Shown piece by piece: positions 9,895 to 19,982 of a stretch of 64,000 nucleotides of DNA (positions within the stretch are counted from its first letter, which is position 1; each line of letters opens with the position of its first letter). The stretch lies in the NCBI GenBank assembly GCA_013387215.1, contig WARW01000001.1:12735-76734 (forward strand). The letters run 5' to 3'. The DNA comes from Patescibacteria group bacterium (GTDB lineage: Bacteria; Patescibacteriota; Microgenomatia; UBA12405). The position numbers were made by a program, and so were the translations under genes. The notes under the pieces were generated by a model. That model was not told the origin of the DNA. It ran no database searches and saw only the letters and a list, made by a program, of their open reading frames with translations.

Positions 9895-11090
9895 AGATTG
9901 TTGATATAAGGAAATTCTTCCAAAAGCTCGCCTGAATAATAAAATTCATACGAAAGTCTGCCAAAACTATATTGGTTTTGTCCGATTTTAACCGAAGACC
10001 CACCCACCTTTGGATTCGCATTTGGTCTAGATTGGGGAAATCCCACATTAAAAAGCGTTCCCACAATTTCCGGTCTGTCTGTAATATCAAATCCTGCATC
10101 CTTCCATTGTTTCATCATTTGCTTCAAATAAAGCCCCGCATACAAATAACTGTAATAATGAGTATTTTCCGTTAATCGCTTATATCTTTCGGCTGCTACA
10201 TCTTCGCCTTCTTTGTAATCTAAAATATTTTCATATTCTGGCCCCAAATAATACGGTGAACTTTTGTCTTTTAAATGATTTTCAATTTGAATGGCTGTGT
10301 CTTCTTTTATTGCCATTACTCCTAAAGAAATTTTATTTGAATTAGATAATATTTTTAATGGCTCGAAATATTGTTTATAAAGTTCTCGGGCTGAATAAAA
10401 TATTCTCAATTGTTCCACCATTAAATCTGAAACAATCAACCGTGGTTCAATATTAGCCGCAATAGCCGCATTATTAATTACTTTTTGATCTTTTTTGATT
10501 GATTCTGAGACTGCTTTCCATTCTTCCTGATCAGGCCACACAAATATATTTTGTCCCGTAGTGCTTTTAACTCTGTTTTCAATCTGCTCTTCAGAAATAT
10601 TTTTTGCAGAAAAATTATTCATACAACCCATCACGTTTTTGTCGTAGTCATCTTTATTGGTCAAATATGTTTCCACCGCAAAAATCATTTGCGCCACAAT
10701 TGAATCTGATTTTATATTCTTTTTAGCCATCAAAATTCTGTCTACATTTTTTGGAGCCGTATAGCTTAATTCTTCCAGTTTGCATAAATTTTGGGTTTTT
10801 AAATTTCTTTCGGCCGTTAATTTATTTATTTCTGTTTCAATGTTTGCCACTTCACCATTATTCTCTTTTATTTGAGCGCTGGTGCTGGCACCTAAAACCT
10901 GGCTTTGGTTAATTTGGCTTTGAAATGAATCGCTTAAATTATCGATACTGCCTTTAACATTGGTAAGTTTAAGTCTAATGGCAAAAAACACTCCCACAAA
11001 AATTATCCCGATAATTGCAAAAACGTGAATTCCAATTAAATACCCGATTTTCACTGGCTTACAAATTTTAGGCCGCTTAAACCGCAACAT
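9891..11090 (-). CDS. Membrane-anchored hypothetical protein
   Basis: N-terminal TM, coiled coil, globular C-terminal domain; TATACT 7 nt before ATG. Confidence 0.75.
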   Translation of the reverse strand: MLRFKRPKICKPVKIGYLIGIHVFAIIGIIFVGVFFAIRLKLTNVKGSIDNLSDSFQSQINQSQVLGASTSAQIKENNGEVANIETEINKLTAERNLKTQNLCKLEELSYTAPKNVDRILMAKKNIKSDSIVAQMIFAVETYLTNKDDYDKNVMGCMNNFSAKNISEEQIENRVKSTTGQNIFVWPDQEEWKAVSESIKKDQKVINNAAIAANIEPRLIVSDLMVEQLRIFYSARELYKQYFEPLKILSNSNKISLGVMAIKEDTAIQIENHLKDKSSPYYLGPEYENILDYKEGEDVAAERYKRLTENTHYYSYLYAGLYLKQMMKQWKDAGFDITDRPEIVGTLFNVGFPQSRPNANPKVGGSSVKIGQNQYSFGRLSYEFYYSGELLEEFPYINNL

Positions 11091-11120
11091 ATTTTCCAGT
11101 ATAGCAAGGGATTCTTTATT

Positions 11121-11678
11121 TTATCTCACCAAACCGATTGGCATATACCATCCCATTGGTTTTTTGCATAAAGGACAAACTTGTGGTGGTTGTTTGCCCT
11201 TATGAATATAGCCGCAGTTGACGCATTTCCACTCAAGCTCCACGTCTTGATTATAAAGTGTGTTGCTGTCCATACATTTGGAGATGATAATATACCTTTC
11301 TTCGTGGTCAGCTTCGACTTCTTTTAGTTTCGAAAATAATCTTTCTGCATCTGTTTCTCCATCAATTTTTGCTTGTTCTTCAAAATTTGGATACATTGTG
11401 GTCCATTCAAATTTTTCTCCAGCTGCTGCCATTCTTAAATTTTCCAAAGTAGATTTAAATGGTCCTATTTCCAAATCTCCAGTCGTAACCACAGGTTCAG
11501 AAATTAATTCGAAAAGTTCCTGAGCATGTATCTTTTCATTTTCAGCCGTTTCTTCAAAAACTCTAGCAACCCATTCCAAATTTTCTTTTCTGGCAATTTT
11601 AGCGAATACTGAATATTTATTTCTGGCTTGGCTTTCACCCGCAAACGCTTTCAAAAGATTCTCTTGTGTTTTTGTCAT
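11121..11678 (-). CDS. rbr: Rubrerythrin
   Basis: AFAGESQA, EKIHA and EADHE diiron ligands, C-terminal CVNC/CPLC rubredoxin site. Confidence 0.93.
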   Translation of the reverse strand: MTKTQENLLKAFAGESQARNKYSVFAKIARKENLEWVARVFEETAENEKIHAQELFELISEPVVTTGDLEIGPFKSTLENLRMAAAGEKFEWTTMYPNFEEQAKIDGETDAERLFSKLKEVEADHEERYIIISKCMDSNTLYNQDVELEWKCVNCGYIHKGKQPPQVCPLCKKPMGWYMPIGLVR

Positions 11679-11700
11679 AACTAATATTACACTATTTAAA

Positions 11701-11733
11701 TTTCTCAGTTATTTCTCAGTTGTGAGCTATAAT
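11701..11733 (+). promoter_or_regulatory. OmpR-type direct-repeat operator and -10 box
   Basis: TTTCTCAGTT repeated at 11-bp period, then TATAAT at 11728; TTCTCAGTTG recurs at 13488. Confidence 0.65.
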
Positions 11734-11744
11734 ATGGAAAGCAA

Positions 11745-12431
11745 ATGAAAGTACTTGTGGTTGAAGATGAACATAAAATAGCCAATTCCATCAAAAAAGG
11801 ACTCGAGCAAGAATCTTATGCCGTCGATGTGGCCTATGATGGCAATGATGGCTATGATTTGGCTTCCTCTGAAAGTTATGACTTAATGATTTTGGATTTA
11901 ATGTTGCCTGGTCTGAGTGGAATTGAAATCTGCAAAAAACTTCGTACCAATAGTATTCATACCCCAATTTTAATTCTTACTGCCAAAGGTCAATTAAAAG
12001 ACAAAGTCGATGGGCTTGATTCAGGTGCCGATGATTACTTAACAAAACCTTTTGCTTTTGAAGAACTTTTAGCCAGATCTCGGGCATTAATTAGACGCCC
12101 CCATGCCACTTCCGGCACTGTTTTGTGCTTAGATGATTTAAGTCTTAACACCCTTACTTATGAAGTCAAAAGGGGAGCCAAATCCATCCAGCTTTCCAGC
12201 AAAGAGTACGCTCTTTTGGAATATTTATTGCGCCATATTGGTAAAACTATTACTAAAGAACAAATTATTAATCATGTTTGGAATTATGATTCTGACGTTT
12301 TACCCAACACTGTTGAAGTCTATGTGGGTTATTTAAGAAATAAGATTGATAAGCCTTTTCCTGAAAAAACCAATTTAATCCACACCATCAGAGGATTTGG
12401 ATATAAATTAGAAAAGAAACTAAATGTTTAA
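11745..12431 (+). CDS. OmpR/PhoB-family response regulator
   Basis: VVEDE, LDLMLP, KPF receiver motifs; winged helix ending RGFGY. Confidence 0.95.
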   Translation: MKVLVVEDEHKIANSIKKGLEQESYAVDVAYDGNDGYDLASSESYDLMILDLMLPGLSGIEICKKLRTNSIHTPILILTAKGQLKDKVDGLDSGADDYLTKPFAFEELLARSRALIRRPHATSGTVLCLDDLSLNTLTYEVKRGAKSIQLSSKEYALLEYLLRHIGKTITKEQIINHVWNYDSDVLPNTVEVYVGYLRNKIDKPFPEKTNLIHTIRGFGYKLEKKLNV

Positions 12432-13482
12432 GCAAGCTCGGATCAAATTAACTGTCCAATACCTCATGATCATTATGATCATTAGTATTTTTTTTAGTTT
12501 AGTTATTTATCGGGCCTTAACTTTCGAATTAACTCGAATCGAAAACGCTCAAAGACTGAGAATTGAGCTTGGTTTGCCTTTCGGTATCAGTCTTCCGCCT
12601 GCATCAGGAACTGATTTTCCTCGTCGCTTATACATCGATCCTGAACTAATTCAGGACACCAAAAACAGAATCGGTTTATTGTTGCTCATAATAAATGTTG
12701 TTATATTAAGTGGTTCTTCGGCCGCAGCTTATTATTTGGCTGGAATTACTCTTAAGCCAATTAAAGACATGCTTGATGAACAAAATCGCTTTATTACTGA
12801 CGCCTCTCACGAACTCAGAACTCCAATTACGGCTTTAAAATCTGAAATTGAAGTTAATTTAAGGGATAAAAATTTAAAGCTTTCCGATGCCAAAGCGCTT
12901 CTCAAAAGTAATTTGGAAGAAACCAATCATCTGCAGTCTCTAACGGATGAATTGATAAAATTAACCCAATATCAAGGCAAAAACGATGAACACAAAATTG
13001 TCATGTCTAGTGTTTCTTTAGGATTAATTTTAGATGAATCGATTAATCAGGTTAAAAGTATGGCTAAAAATAAAAAAATTACTTTAACTAATACAGCCGC
13101 CGACTTTAATATTGAAGCCAACGCTCCATTATTATCCGAACTTTTTATTATTTTTCTTGATAATGCCATTAAATATAGTCCCAAAAATAGCGAAATAAAA
13201 ATAAGCGACAAAAAAACCGATGGTCATGTTATTGTTTCTATTGCTGACTCTGGTATGGGGATTTCCAAAGAAGACATCTCCCATATTTTTGATCGTTTTT
13301 ATCGAACTGATAAATCACGTTCTAAAACTAACACCTCTGGCTATGGTTTAGGTTTATCAATCGCCAAACAAATCATCGATAAACACCACGGGTTTATAAA
13401 AGTTCAAAGTCAGGTAGACAAAGGCACTACTTTTTTAATCGAACTTCCCCTAAAACAACCTAAGAAAATAATTAATATTTAA
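12424..13482 (+). CDS. Sensor histidine kinase
   Basis: Two TMs, H-box DASHELRTP, N/G1/F/G2 boxes. Confidence 0.95.
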   Translation: MFKQARIKLTVQYLMIIMIISIFFSLVIYRALTFELTRIENAQRLRIELGLPFGISLPPASGTDFPRRLYIDPELIQDTKNRIGLLLLIINVVILSGSSAAAYYLAGITLKPIKDMLDEQNRFITDASHELRTPITALKSEIEVNLRDKNLKLSDAKALLKSNLEETNHLQSLTDELIKLTQYQGKNDEHKIVMSSVSLGLILDESINQVKSMAKNKKITLTNTAADFNIEANAPLLSELFIIFLDNAIKYSPKNSEIKISDKKTDGHVIVSIADSGMGISKEDISHIFDRFYRTDKSRSKTNTSGYGLGLSIAKQIIDKHHGFIKVQSQVDKGTTFLIELPLKQPKKIINI

Positions 13483-13510
13483 GCTTCTTCTCAGTTGCCT
13501 TTTGTAAATT

Positions 13511-14794
13511 ATGGCCATGACCAATCAAAATAGTGCAAAAAAAGGCAATAACTTTTTTAAAGGTCGCGAAATAATCATCTTTGCCCTTGTTATTATTGCC
13601 CTCGGTTTTGGGGCTTTCAAATTATTTTTTCCTAAAAAAGCCGCTGTTCAATATCAAACTTCTACTGCTGAAAAGGGAACTTTAATTTCCAGTGTTTCTT
13701 CCTCAGGAAGTATTTCTTCTGGTAATAATCTTTCTATTTCCACGGCCGCTACCGGGGTTATTGATAAAGTTTTTGTTAAGAATGGCGACAAGGTCAGACA
13801 AGGCCAAACTATCGCTACTATTTTGCCAGATCAAGATTCCAAACAAAAACAAATAGCCGCCTGGGGAGCTGTTGTCTCTGCTCAAAATCAATTAAGCTCA
13901 GCTCAAACTGCTATGTATCAACTCCAGTCCACCGCAGCTAAGGCCGATCAAGTCTTTCATGATCAAGCTCAGTCTCAAAATCTTTCTCCTGACGATATCA
14001 CTTATATTACCCAAAAAGCCAACAAAGATCAGGCTGATGCTCAATTAGCTAACCAGCCAAGCGTTATTAATGCCGCTCAAATTTCTCTTACCAACGCCCA
14101 GCTTTCATATCAAAAATTATCAAATAGTATTATTGCTCCTTCTGCTGGCACTGTTTCCAATTTAATTATTGCTCCTGGTACTATTATCAGCCAGCAGTCC
14201 AGTTCTAATTCAAATTCCAGCGGAACTCAGCAAATTGGAACAATAACCAGGCAGCAAAATAACCTTCAAGCCGCTGTCAATCTAAGTGAAATGGATGTCA
14301 CTAAAGTAAAAGTAGGCCAAAAAGTAACAATTTCTCTTGATGCTTTTCCCAATAAAACATTTACTGGCAAAGTGCTTTTAGTCAATACTAACGGCCAGGT
14401 TAGTTCCGGCGTTACCAATTATCCGACTATTATTGGTTTTGACACTGATCCAGGTAATATTTATCCCAATATGGGTGTTAGTACCGATATTATTACTAAT
14501 ATTAAAAACGATGTTGTTTTAGTTCCTTCAACTGCAGTCAAAACCTCAAATGGTCAATCAATGGTTCAAGTTATGAAAAATGGTCAAGTAAGTTCTGTTC
14601 CAGTTGAAATAGGTGATTCCAATGATACTCAAACAGAAATCACTTCCGGTATTAATGAAGGCGACGTTGTTGTTACTAACACCTCTAATTCTTCGGCCGC
14701 CAAAGCTTCAACTAGCACCAGTTCTGTTTTTAGCAATATTGGCCGTGGTGGCGGTGGAAATGCAGTTAGAATTCAAGGCGGATTTGGCCGTTAA
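13511..14794 (+). CDS. MacA-like membrane fusion/adaptor protein
   Basis: TM anchor, lipoyl halves GVIDKVFVKNGD and IIAPSAGTV, helical hairpin. Confidence 0.88.
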   Translation: MAMTNQNSAKKGNNFFKGREIIIFALVIIALGFGAFKLFFPKKAAVQYQTSTAEKGTLISSVSSSGSISSGNNLSISTAATGVIDKVFVKNGDKVRQGQTIATILPDQDSKQKQIAAWGAVVSAQNQLSSAQTAMYQLQSTAAKADQVFHDQAQSQNLSPDDITYITQKANKDQADAQLANQPSVINAAQISLTNAQLSYQKLSNSIIAPSAGTVSNLIIAPGTIISQQSSSNSNSSGTQQIGTITRQQNNLQAAVNLSEMDVTKVKVGQKVTISLDAFPNKTFTGKVLLVNTNGQVSSGVTNYPTIIGFDTDPGNIYPNMGVSTDIITNIKNDVVLVPSTAVKTSNGQSMVQVMKNGQVSSVPVEIGDSNDTQTEITSGINEGDVVVTNTSNSSAAKASTSTSSVFSNIGRGGGGNAVRIQGGFGR

Positions 14795-14798
14795 AGCT

Positions 14799-15518
14799 AT
14801 GACAGATAAAGCAATTATTAAAGCTAGTCATTTAACTAAAGTTTACAAAACAGATCTTTTGGAAACTGTTGCCTTGTCTGACGTTTCATTTACCATCAAT
14901 AAAGGGGAATTTGTGGCTATTATGGGGCCATCTGGCTCTGGCAAATCAACTCTAATGCATATCTTGGGAGCCCTAGATAAACCTACTTCTGGGGAATATA
15001 TTCTTGATGGCGAAAATGTTGAAAATCTTTCCGATGACGAACTTGCCGACATTCGTAATCGTAAAATCGGTTTTGTTTTTCAGGCTTTTAATTTATTGCC
15101 TCGTACCAGTACTTTAAAAAATGTCATATTACCAATGACATATGCCGGTATTCCCAAAGATGAAGCCGAAAAAACCGCAATTAAATATTTAAAAATGGTT
15201 GGCCTCAACGATCGTTTAAACCACACTTCCAATCAAATTTCAGGTGGTCAGCAGCAGCGTGTGGCCATAGCTAGAGCTTTAGTTCTGAATCCTGCCATTA
15301 TTCTTGCAGATGAACCGACTGGAAATATTGCCTCTGCCCAGGCCAATGAAATTATGGCCATATTTCAGGACTTAAATAACAAAGGCCATACCATTGTCAT
15401 GATTACCCACGAACCGGATATCGCCGAACATGCCAAAAGAATTATTCACATTCGCGATGGCAAGATAGCCCAGGATTCTAATGGGCACAAACAACTCTTA
15501 GTTAAAAAAAATAAATAA
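14799..15518 (+). CDS. ABC transporter ATP-binding protein (MacB/LolD type)
   Basis: GPSGSGKS, ISGGQQQR, ADEPTG; start at ATG 14799. Confidence 0.95.
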   Translation: MTDKAIIKASHLTKVYKTDLLETVALSDVSFTINKGEFVAIMGPSGSGKSTLMHILGALDKPTSGEYILDGENVENLSDDELADIRNRKIGFVFQAFNLLPRTSTLKNVILPMTYAGIPKDEAEKTAIKYLKMVGLNDRLNHTSNQISGGQQQRVAIARALVLNPAIILADEPTGNIASAQANEIMAIFQDLNNKGHTIVMITHEPDIAEHAKRIIHIRDGKIAQDSNGHKQLLVKKNK

Positions 15519-15519
15519 T

Positions 15520-16740
15520 ATGAACCTAATTAATTTATTTTTAGAAAGCCTCAGCACACTGACTTTAAACAAAACCAGAACTGGCTTGGCTATCTTGGGT
15601 ATTATTATTGGCATCGGCAGCGTTATTGCTCTTGTTTCTCTGGGTCAAGCCACTCAAAAATCAATCCAAAATCAAATTCAATCTCTTGGTTCTAACCTGT
15701 TAACCGTATCGCCTGGTGCTGTCAATCAGGGTGGAGTTAGAGGTGCTTCGGGTGGCGGTACCACTCTAACTCTTGAAGATGCTAAAACTATTGAGTCTTC
15801 ACCTCAAATCACTACCATTCAAACTGTTTCCCCTGAACTGTCAAAACGTACCCAAATTACCACTGGCGCCAGTAATACCAATGTTCAAGTCATCGGTGTT
15901 ACTCCGGCTTATTCAGATGTTCACAAAATTGCCGTAGATTCAGGTAATTTTATAACCCAACACGATGTTGATGCTATGACTAAAGTAGCTGTAATTGGTC
16001 CTCAAGTTGCCACTGATTTATTTGGCACTTCATCTCCTATCGGTCAAAAAATTAGGGCTGGCGGTCAAACATTAACTGTTGTTGGTGTCACCGTTTCAAA
16101 AGGAGGAACTGGATTTCAAAATCAAGACGACATTGTTTTTGTGCCCCTATCTACCGCTCAAAAACAAATGTTTGGTTCGGATTATTTAAGTTCCATCGCG
16201 CTTGAAGCCAAAAGTTCCGATCAGATGCTTGCTGCCCAAGATGAAGTTGGCTATTTTCTTCTAGCTCGCCATAAAATTACCGATCCGACCTTGGCCGATT
16301 TTTCCATATTTTCTCAACAGGATATTTTAAACACCGCCTCGTCAGTCACTGGCACTTTCACCACTCTTCTTTCTGGTGTAGCCGCTATTTCACTTTTAGT
16401 CGGTGGTATTGGCATTATGAATATCATGCTGGTTACTGTCACCGAAAGAACTCGCGAAATTGGTTTAAGAAAAGCCTTGGGCGCCAAGAAAAAAATCATT
16501 ATCACCCAATTTTTAAGTGAATCCATTATTCTGACTTTTACTGGTGGATTATTTGGTATTGTCCTAGGTATCTTAGCTTCTTTTATAATTTCTAAAATTT
16601 CTAATTCACTTTTTGTTGTTTCACCATCATCCATTCTTTTGGCTTTTGCAGTTTCAGCTGCGATTGGTATTATTTTTGGCTGGTATCCGGCCCAGCGCGC
16701 TTCCAATCTTCAGCCGATTGAAGCTCTCCGTTATGAATAA
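15520..16740 (+). CDS. ABC transporter permease (MacB/FtsX type)
   Basis: GIIIGIGSVI, GGIGIMNIM, ERTREIGLRKALGA, PIEALRYE. Confidence 0.95.
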   Translation: MNLINLFLESLSTLTLNKTRTGLAILGIIIGIGSVIALVSLGQATQKSIQNQIQSLGSNLLTVSPGAVNQGGVRGASGGGTTLTLEDAKTIESSPQITTIQTVSPELSKRTQITTGASNTNVQVIGVTPAYSDVHKIAVDSGNFITQHDVDAMTKVAVIGPQVATDLFGTSSPIGQKIRAGGQTLTVVGVTVSKGGTGFQNQDDIVFVPLSTAQKQMFGSDYLSSIALEAKSSDQMLAAQDEVGYFLLARHKITDPTLADFSIFSQQDILNTASSVTGTFTTLLSGVAAISLLVGGIGIMNIMLVTVTERTREIGLRKALGAKKKIIITQFLSESIILTFTGGLFGIVLGILASFIISKISNSLFVVSPSSILLAFAVSAAIGIIFGWYPAQRASNLQPIEALRYE

Positions 16741-16782
16741 ACAATTTACTCAATTTATTAATTTATATAAAAGGAAAAAAGT

Positions 16783-17271
16783 ATGTTGAACGAAGAGAAA
16801 TCCAGCTCTGCTGGAAAAAATAATTCAATAATAATCACCGTTGTTCTAGTTTTAGCAGTTGGTGCCAGTGCTTTCTTTGGCGGCATGAAATATCAGCAAA
16901 GCAAAGCTCCCAGTTTTACATCGTTCAATGGTCAAGGTGGCGCTAGAATGCAGGGTGGCCAGGGTAGAGGAACTCAAGGAGGTGGAAACCGTGCCAATGG
17001 TGGATTCCGCCCCATATTAGGTGAAATAGTTAGCTCTGATGATAAATCAATTACTGTTAAACTCCAAGACGGTTCGAGTAAGATAGTTATTCTTTCTACT
17101 TCCACCAATATCAATAAAGCCTCAACTGCCGCAAAAACTGATTTAACCACTGGTCAAACAGTTTCTGTTTTTGGTCAAGCCAATCAAGATGGAAGCGTTA
17201 CTGCTCAAAATATCCAGCTTAATCCCATCATCAGAAACAATCCTTCAGTTTCACCAGCTCCGCAGCAATAA
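16783..17271 (+). CDS. Membrane-anchored Gly-rich beta-barrel (DUF5666-like) protein
   Basis: TM, Gly-rich linker, GEIV..SITVKL and DGSVTA..IQL pattern. Confidence 0.65.
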   Translation: MLNEEKSSSAGKNNSIIITVVLVLAVGASAFFGGMKYQQSKAPSFTSFNGQGGARMQGGQGRGTQGGGNRANGGFRPILGEIVSSDDKSITVKLQDGSSKIVILSTSTNINKASTAAKTDLTTGQTVSVFGQANQDGSVTAQNIQLNPIIRNNPSVSPAPQQ

Positions 17272-17324
17272 ACTATTTAGCCAACTGCACACTCTGGGCA
17301 ATTTGCCATAAAGTAATTTTTATC

Positions 17325-18464
17325 TTATTTTTTATACAAATAGAAAAAATCTTTATTATATTTCGATAAATACTGTTTAGATCCGTCTTGAAGACTTTTG
17401 TTTAGGGTTGTACTTTTATATCGTCCATTTCCGATCGAGTCGAAAAAATTGAATCGTACCCAATATGGATTAATATCTAATTGAATTGCGTCCTGGGCTC
17501 CGGCCATTTTCAAAGCCTTTGCTAAAGTTGCAGGTGTTAAATTATTTCCAACGGCAAACAATAAATTACCATTTTTGTTTAAACCTAAACCTGACCTCCA
17601 GGTATAAGTATCTGATGTCAAAGTTCTGCCCCATAAATTTTTATTTCTTGAATCCAGAACTGCCATACTTCCGTTTTCAATAAGTATTGGACAGTTTTGT
17701 CGCACAAAAATCATGTCACTTCCAATTTCTTGACCAGTATAATTTACAATTCTGAGTGTTCCGTTTTTAAATCCCACCAAAGTTCCTGTGTCATTTTTAA
17801 GCGGCAAGTAGCTGACATTATCCACAATCATTCCATATTCTCCATCCCGATATTGAAATCCTCCGTCAAATGCCGCCACTAATTTTCCGCTCTCTATAAT
17901 ATCTTTTGGTATTGATCCTGGACCTGGTTTACCCACTGCCCCTCCGGGTTCTTTGGTTCCAGCCACTAATCCCAAACGTAATGCTTTCATATCTATTTGG
18001 ACTACACTGACCACTGCAAACGGTCTTGCCGGATCTGGCCTTACAAAAGTATACGCAGCTACTTCTTCATCAGGAAACAAGCTAATTGGTTTATTTTTCC
18101 AAGCCCCTTCATTATTTACCGGCGTTAAATTTTTATCTACTGGTATTGTTTTCAAATCTAATCTAGTTTTTATATTAATACTGCTAAACTGTAAACCTTG
18201 ATCTTCAAATTGGGGATCAGAGGCGATTTTGTTATTGTAAGTTAGTCTTTCCACATTATCCGAAAAATTATAAAATACCTTTTCTAGCCATACAATCGTT
18301 TTAGCCCCAAATATCGGTCTTAAATAATTATCTGTTATTTCTGCTGCATCAGCTGCATCTACTTTAATAAATATTCCTAGGCCAATAACCAGAAAAACCG
18401 GCACTAATAATATCCACCAAAACTTTTTTATAATTTTTAACCCTCTCTTCTGTTTAAAATGCAT
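17325..18464 (-). CDS. Phosphodiester glycosidase (NAGPA-like) family protein
   Basis: AAFDGGF, WRSGLG, AIQLD motifs; N-terminal TM. Confidence 0.7.
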   Translation of the reverse strand: MHFKQKRGLKIIKKFWWILLVPVFLVIGLGIFIKVDAADAAEITDNYLRPIFGAKTIVWLEKVFYNFSDNVERLTYNNKIASDPQFEDQGLQFSSINIKTRLDLKTIPVDKNLTPVNNEGAWKNKPISLFPDEEVAAYTFVRPDPARPFAVVSVVQIDMKALRLGLVAGTKEPGGAVGKPGPGSIPKDIIESGKLVAAFDGGFQYRDGEYGMIVDNVSYLPLKNDTGTLVGFKNGTLRIVNYTGQEIGSDMIFVRQNCPILIENGSMAVLDSRNKNLWGRTLTSDTYTWRSGLGLNKNGNLLFAVGNNLTPATLAKALKMAGAQDAIQLDINPYWVRFNFFDSIGNGRYKSTTLNKSLQDGSKQYLSKYNKDFFYLYKK

Positions 18465-18518
18465 AGAAAATTAATAATTGATACTTTATTATATAGTTAG
18501 TAATAAACTAATTCCAGA

Positions 18519-19394
18519 TTATTGATTATTGTTCGCTTCCAATATCTTTGCTTTTTTATGAAGCTCAAAAGTTTTATTGATAGCTAAAATATCTTTATTA
18601 ATTACCGCCTTAATTGTCTTGGCAGTAGCTTGACTGGCAGTTAAATCAGTCGAAGTTTCTAATTTTTGTATTCGGTCGGATTGTAAGTTTAGATCATCCA
18701 AAATTCTTTGAGCGGCCGTTGTGTCATAACCTTTTGTTTTTTGATCATTTATTCTTTTGGAAAAATTCAAAATTTTTATATTTAAATCATTGTTTGCTGT
18801 TTTAAGGCTGTTTTTAAATGCTATATTTTTGTAAGCCTGTTCAATTGCCTTGTTGGCTTCAACAAAGTCCTTTTGCACAATAGTTTTTACCGAATTTATG
18901 CTTTTTCGAATCGCATTAATATTTTCAGTATTCGATTCTGCTGGAACTTTTATATTTTTTAAAATTTCAATTTGATTTTCCAAATCATTGATTATTGTTT
19001 TAATATTCTCAGACTCGGTTCCTTTTATCTTAGATAATTTTTTGCTTAATACTAAATTCTTATTTTGGGCATCTTTAATTGCATTTTCTATTTCTAATTT
19101 AACTTGGGTATTTTTAACTTTTGGTGGATTTGTTTTATTTGTAGTTGCTGCTTTTTTTGTTGTTGTTTCTGCATTTGCAATTAAACCGCTGCAGGCGCAA
19201 GTTTGGCTGTCAGTGCCATCAAAACATTTCAGTCTATTTGTTGCTTTGTTGCAAACCACAATTCCGCCGTGTCCGCCGCAGCATTTATCAGCTGCTTGTG
19301 CCGGCATTGGCATTATAAAAACAAAGGCTGACAAAACTGCTACGCTCAAAATTTTTTTGATTTTCATACGTGTAATTATTATTTTATTATGCAA
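18519..19394 (-). CDS. Secreted protein with small Cys-rich N-domain and coiled coil
   Basis: Signal peptide ending AQA, CCGGHGGIVVC..CFDGTDSQTCAC, helical C-terminus. Confidence 0.7.
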   Translation of the reverse strand: MHNKIIITRMKIKKILSVAVLSAFVFIMPMPAQAADKCCGGHGGIVVCNKATNRLKCFDGTDSQTCACSGLIANAETTTKKAATTNKTNPPKVKNTQVKLEIENAIKDAQNKNLVLSKKLSKIKGTESENIKTIINDLENQIEILKNIKVPAESNTENINAIRKSINSVKTIVQKDFVEANKAIEQAYKNIAFKNSLKTANNDLNIKILNFSKRINDQKTKGYDTTAAQRILDDLNLQSDRIQKLETSTDLTASQATAKTIKAVINKDILAINKTFELHKKAKILEANNNQ

Positions 19395-19397
19395 TCT

Positions 19398-19982
19398 CTA
19401 ATAAGTCGATATCCTCTCGCCTAAACTTTGAGCTTTAATTTCCCACATCTTTTTTTTGGCTTCATCTGCTTTTCTGACTGGCGTAAAGTAGTTGAATTTG
19501 ACCGGTTTTACCCCGCAAAATCCTAAAATTGATTTTCTCATTAACAACTCCAAAGGTCGGCCCATAAAAACTTTGTAATAAACCAAAGGGGAGTCCATAG
19601 TCGCCAAAACTTCAGCACTTTTATTTTTCATTAATTGAATAGGCAGTGGAGAACCGCTTTGATATTTATACATTATCCCCGATAAAAAGGTTCTATCAAT
19701 AAACCCTTTCAATAAAGCTGGCATTGCTCCCCACCATATTGGCGTCACAAAAAGCCAATGGTCTGCCCACAATAAATCATCCACTGCCATTTTTAAGTCA
19801 GGCTCCCATTTTTGTTCTTGCCGATAACCGTTTTTCAAAATCGGATCGAATTTTAAATCTCCCAAATATAAAATTCTAACTTCTGCTCCCTTCATTTCTG
19901 CACCCTTTTTGTAGGCTTCAGCCAACATTCCTGATGTGCTGTCTTTTAAAGGATGGCCAACAATAATGCTTATCTTTTTCAT
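19398..19982 (-). CDS. NAD(P)H dehydrogenase (quinone), flavodoxin-2 family
   Basis: GHP, PIWWGAMPALLKGFIDR. Confidence 0.9.
   Translation of the reverse strand: MKKISIIVGHPLKDSTSGMLAEAYKKGAEMKGAEVRILYLGDLKFDPILKNGYRQEQKWEPDLKMAVDDLLWADHWLFVTPIWWGAMPALLKGFIDRTFLSGIMYKYQSGSPLPIQLMKNKSAEVLATMDSPLVYYKVFMGRPLELLMRKSILGFCGVKPVKFNYFTPVRKADEAKKKMWEIKAQSLGERISTY

Noticed and set aside
14613-14798. 62-aa N-terminal extension of the ABC ATPase
   Set aside because: Overlaps the adaptor gene; the domain starts at ATG 14799
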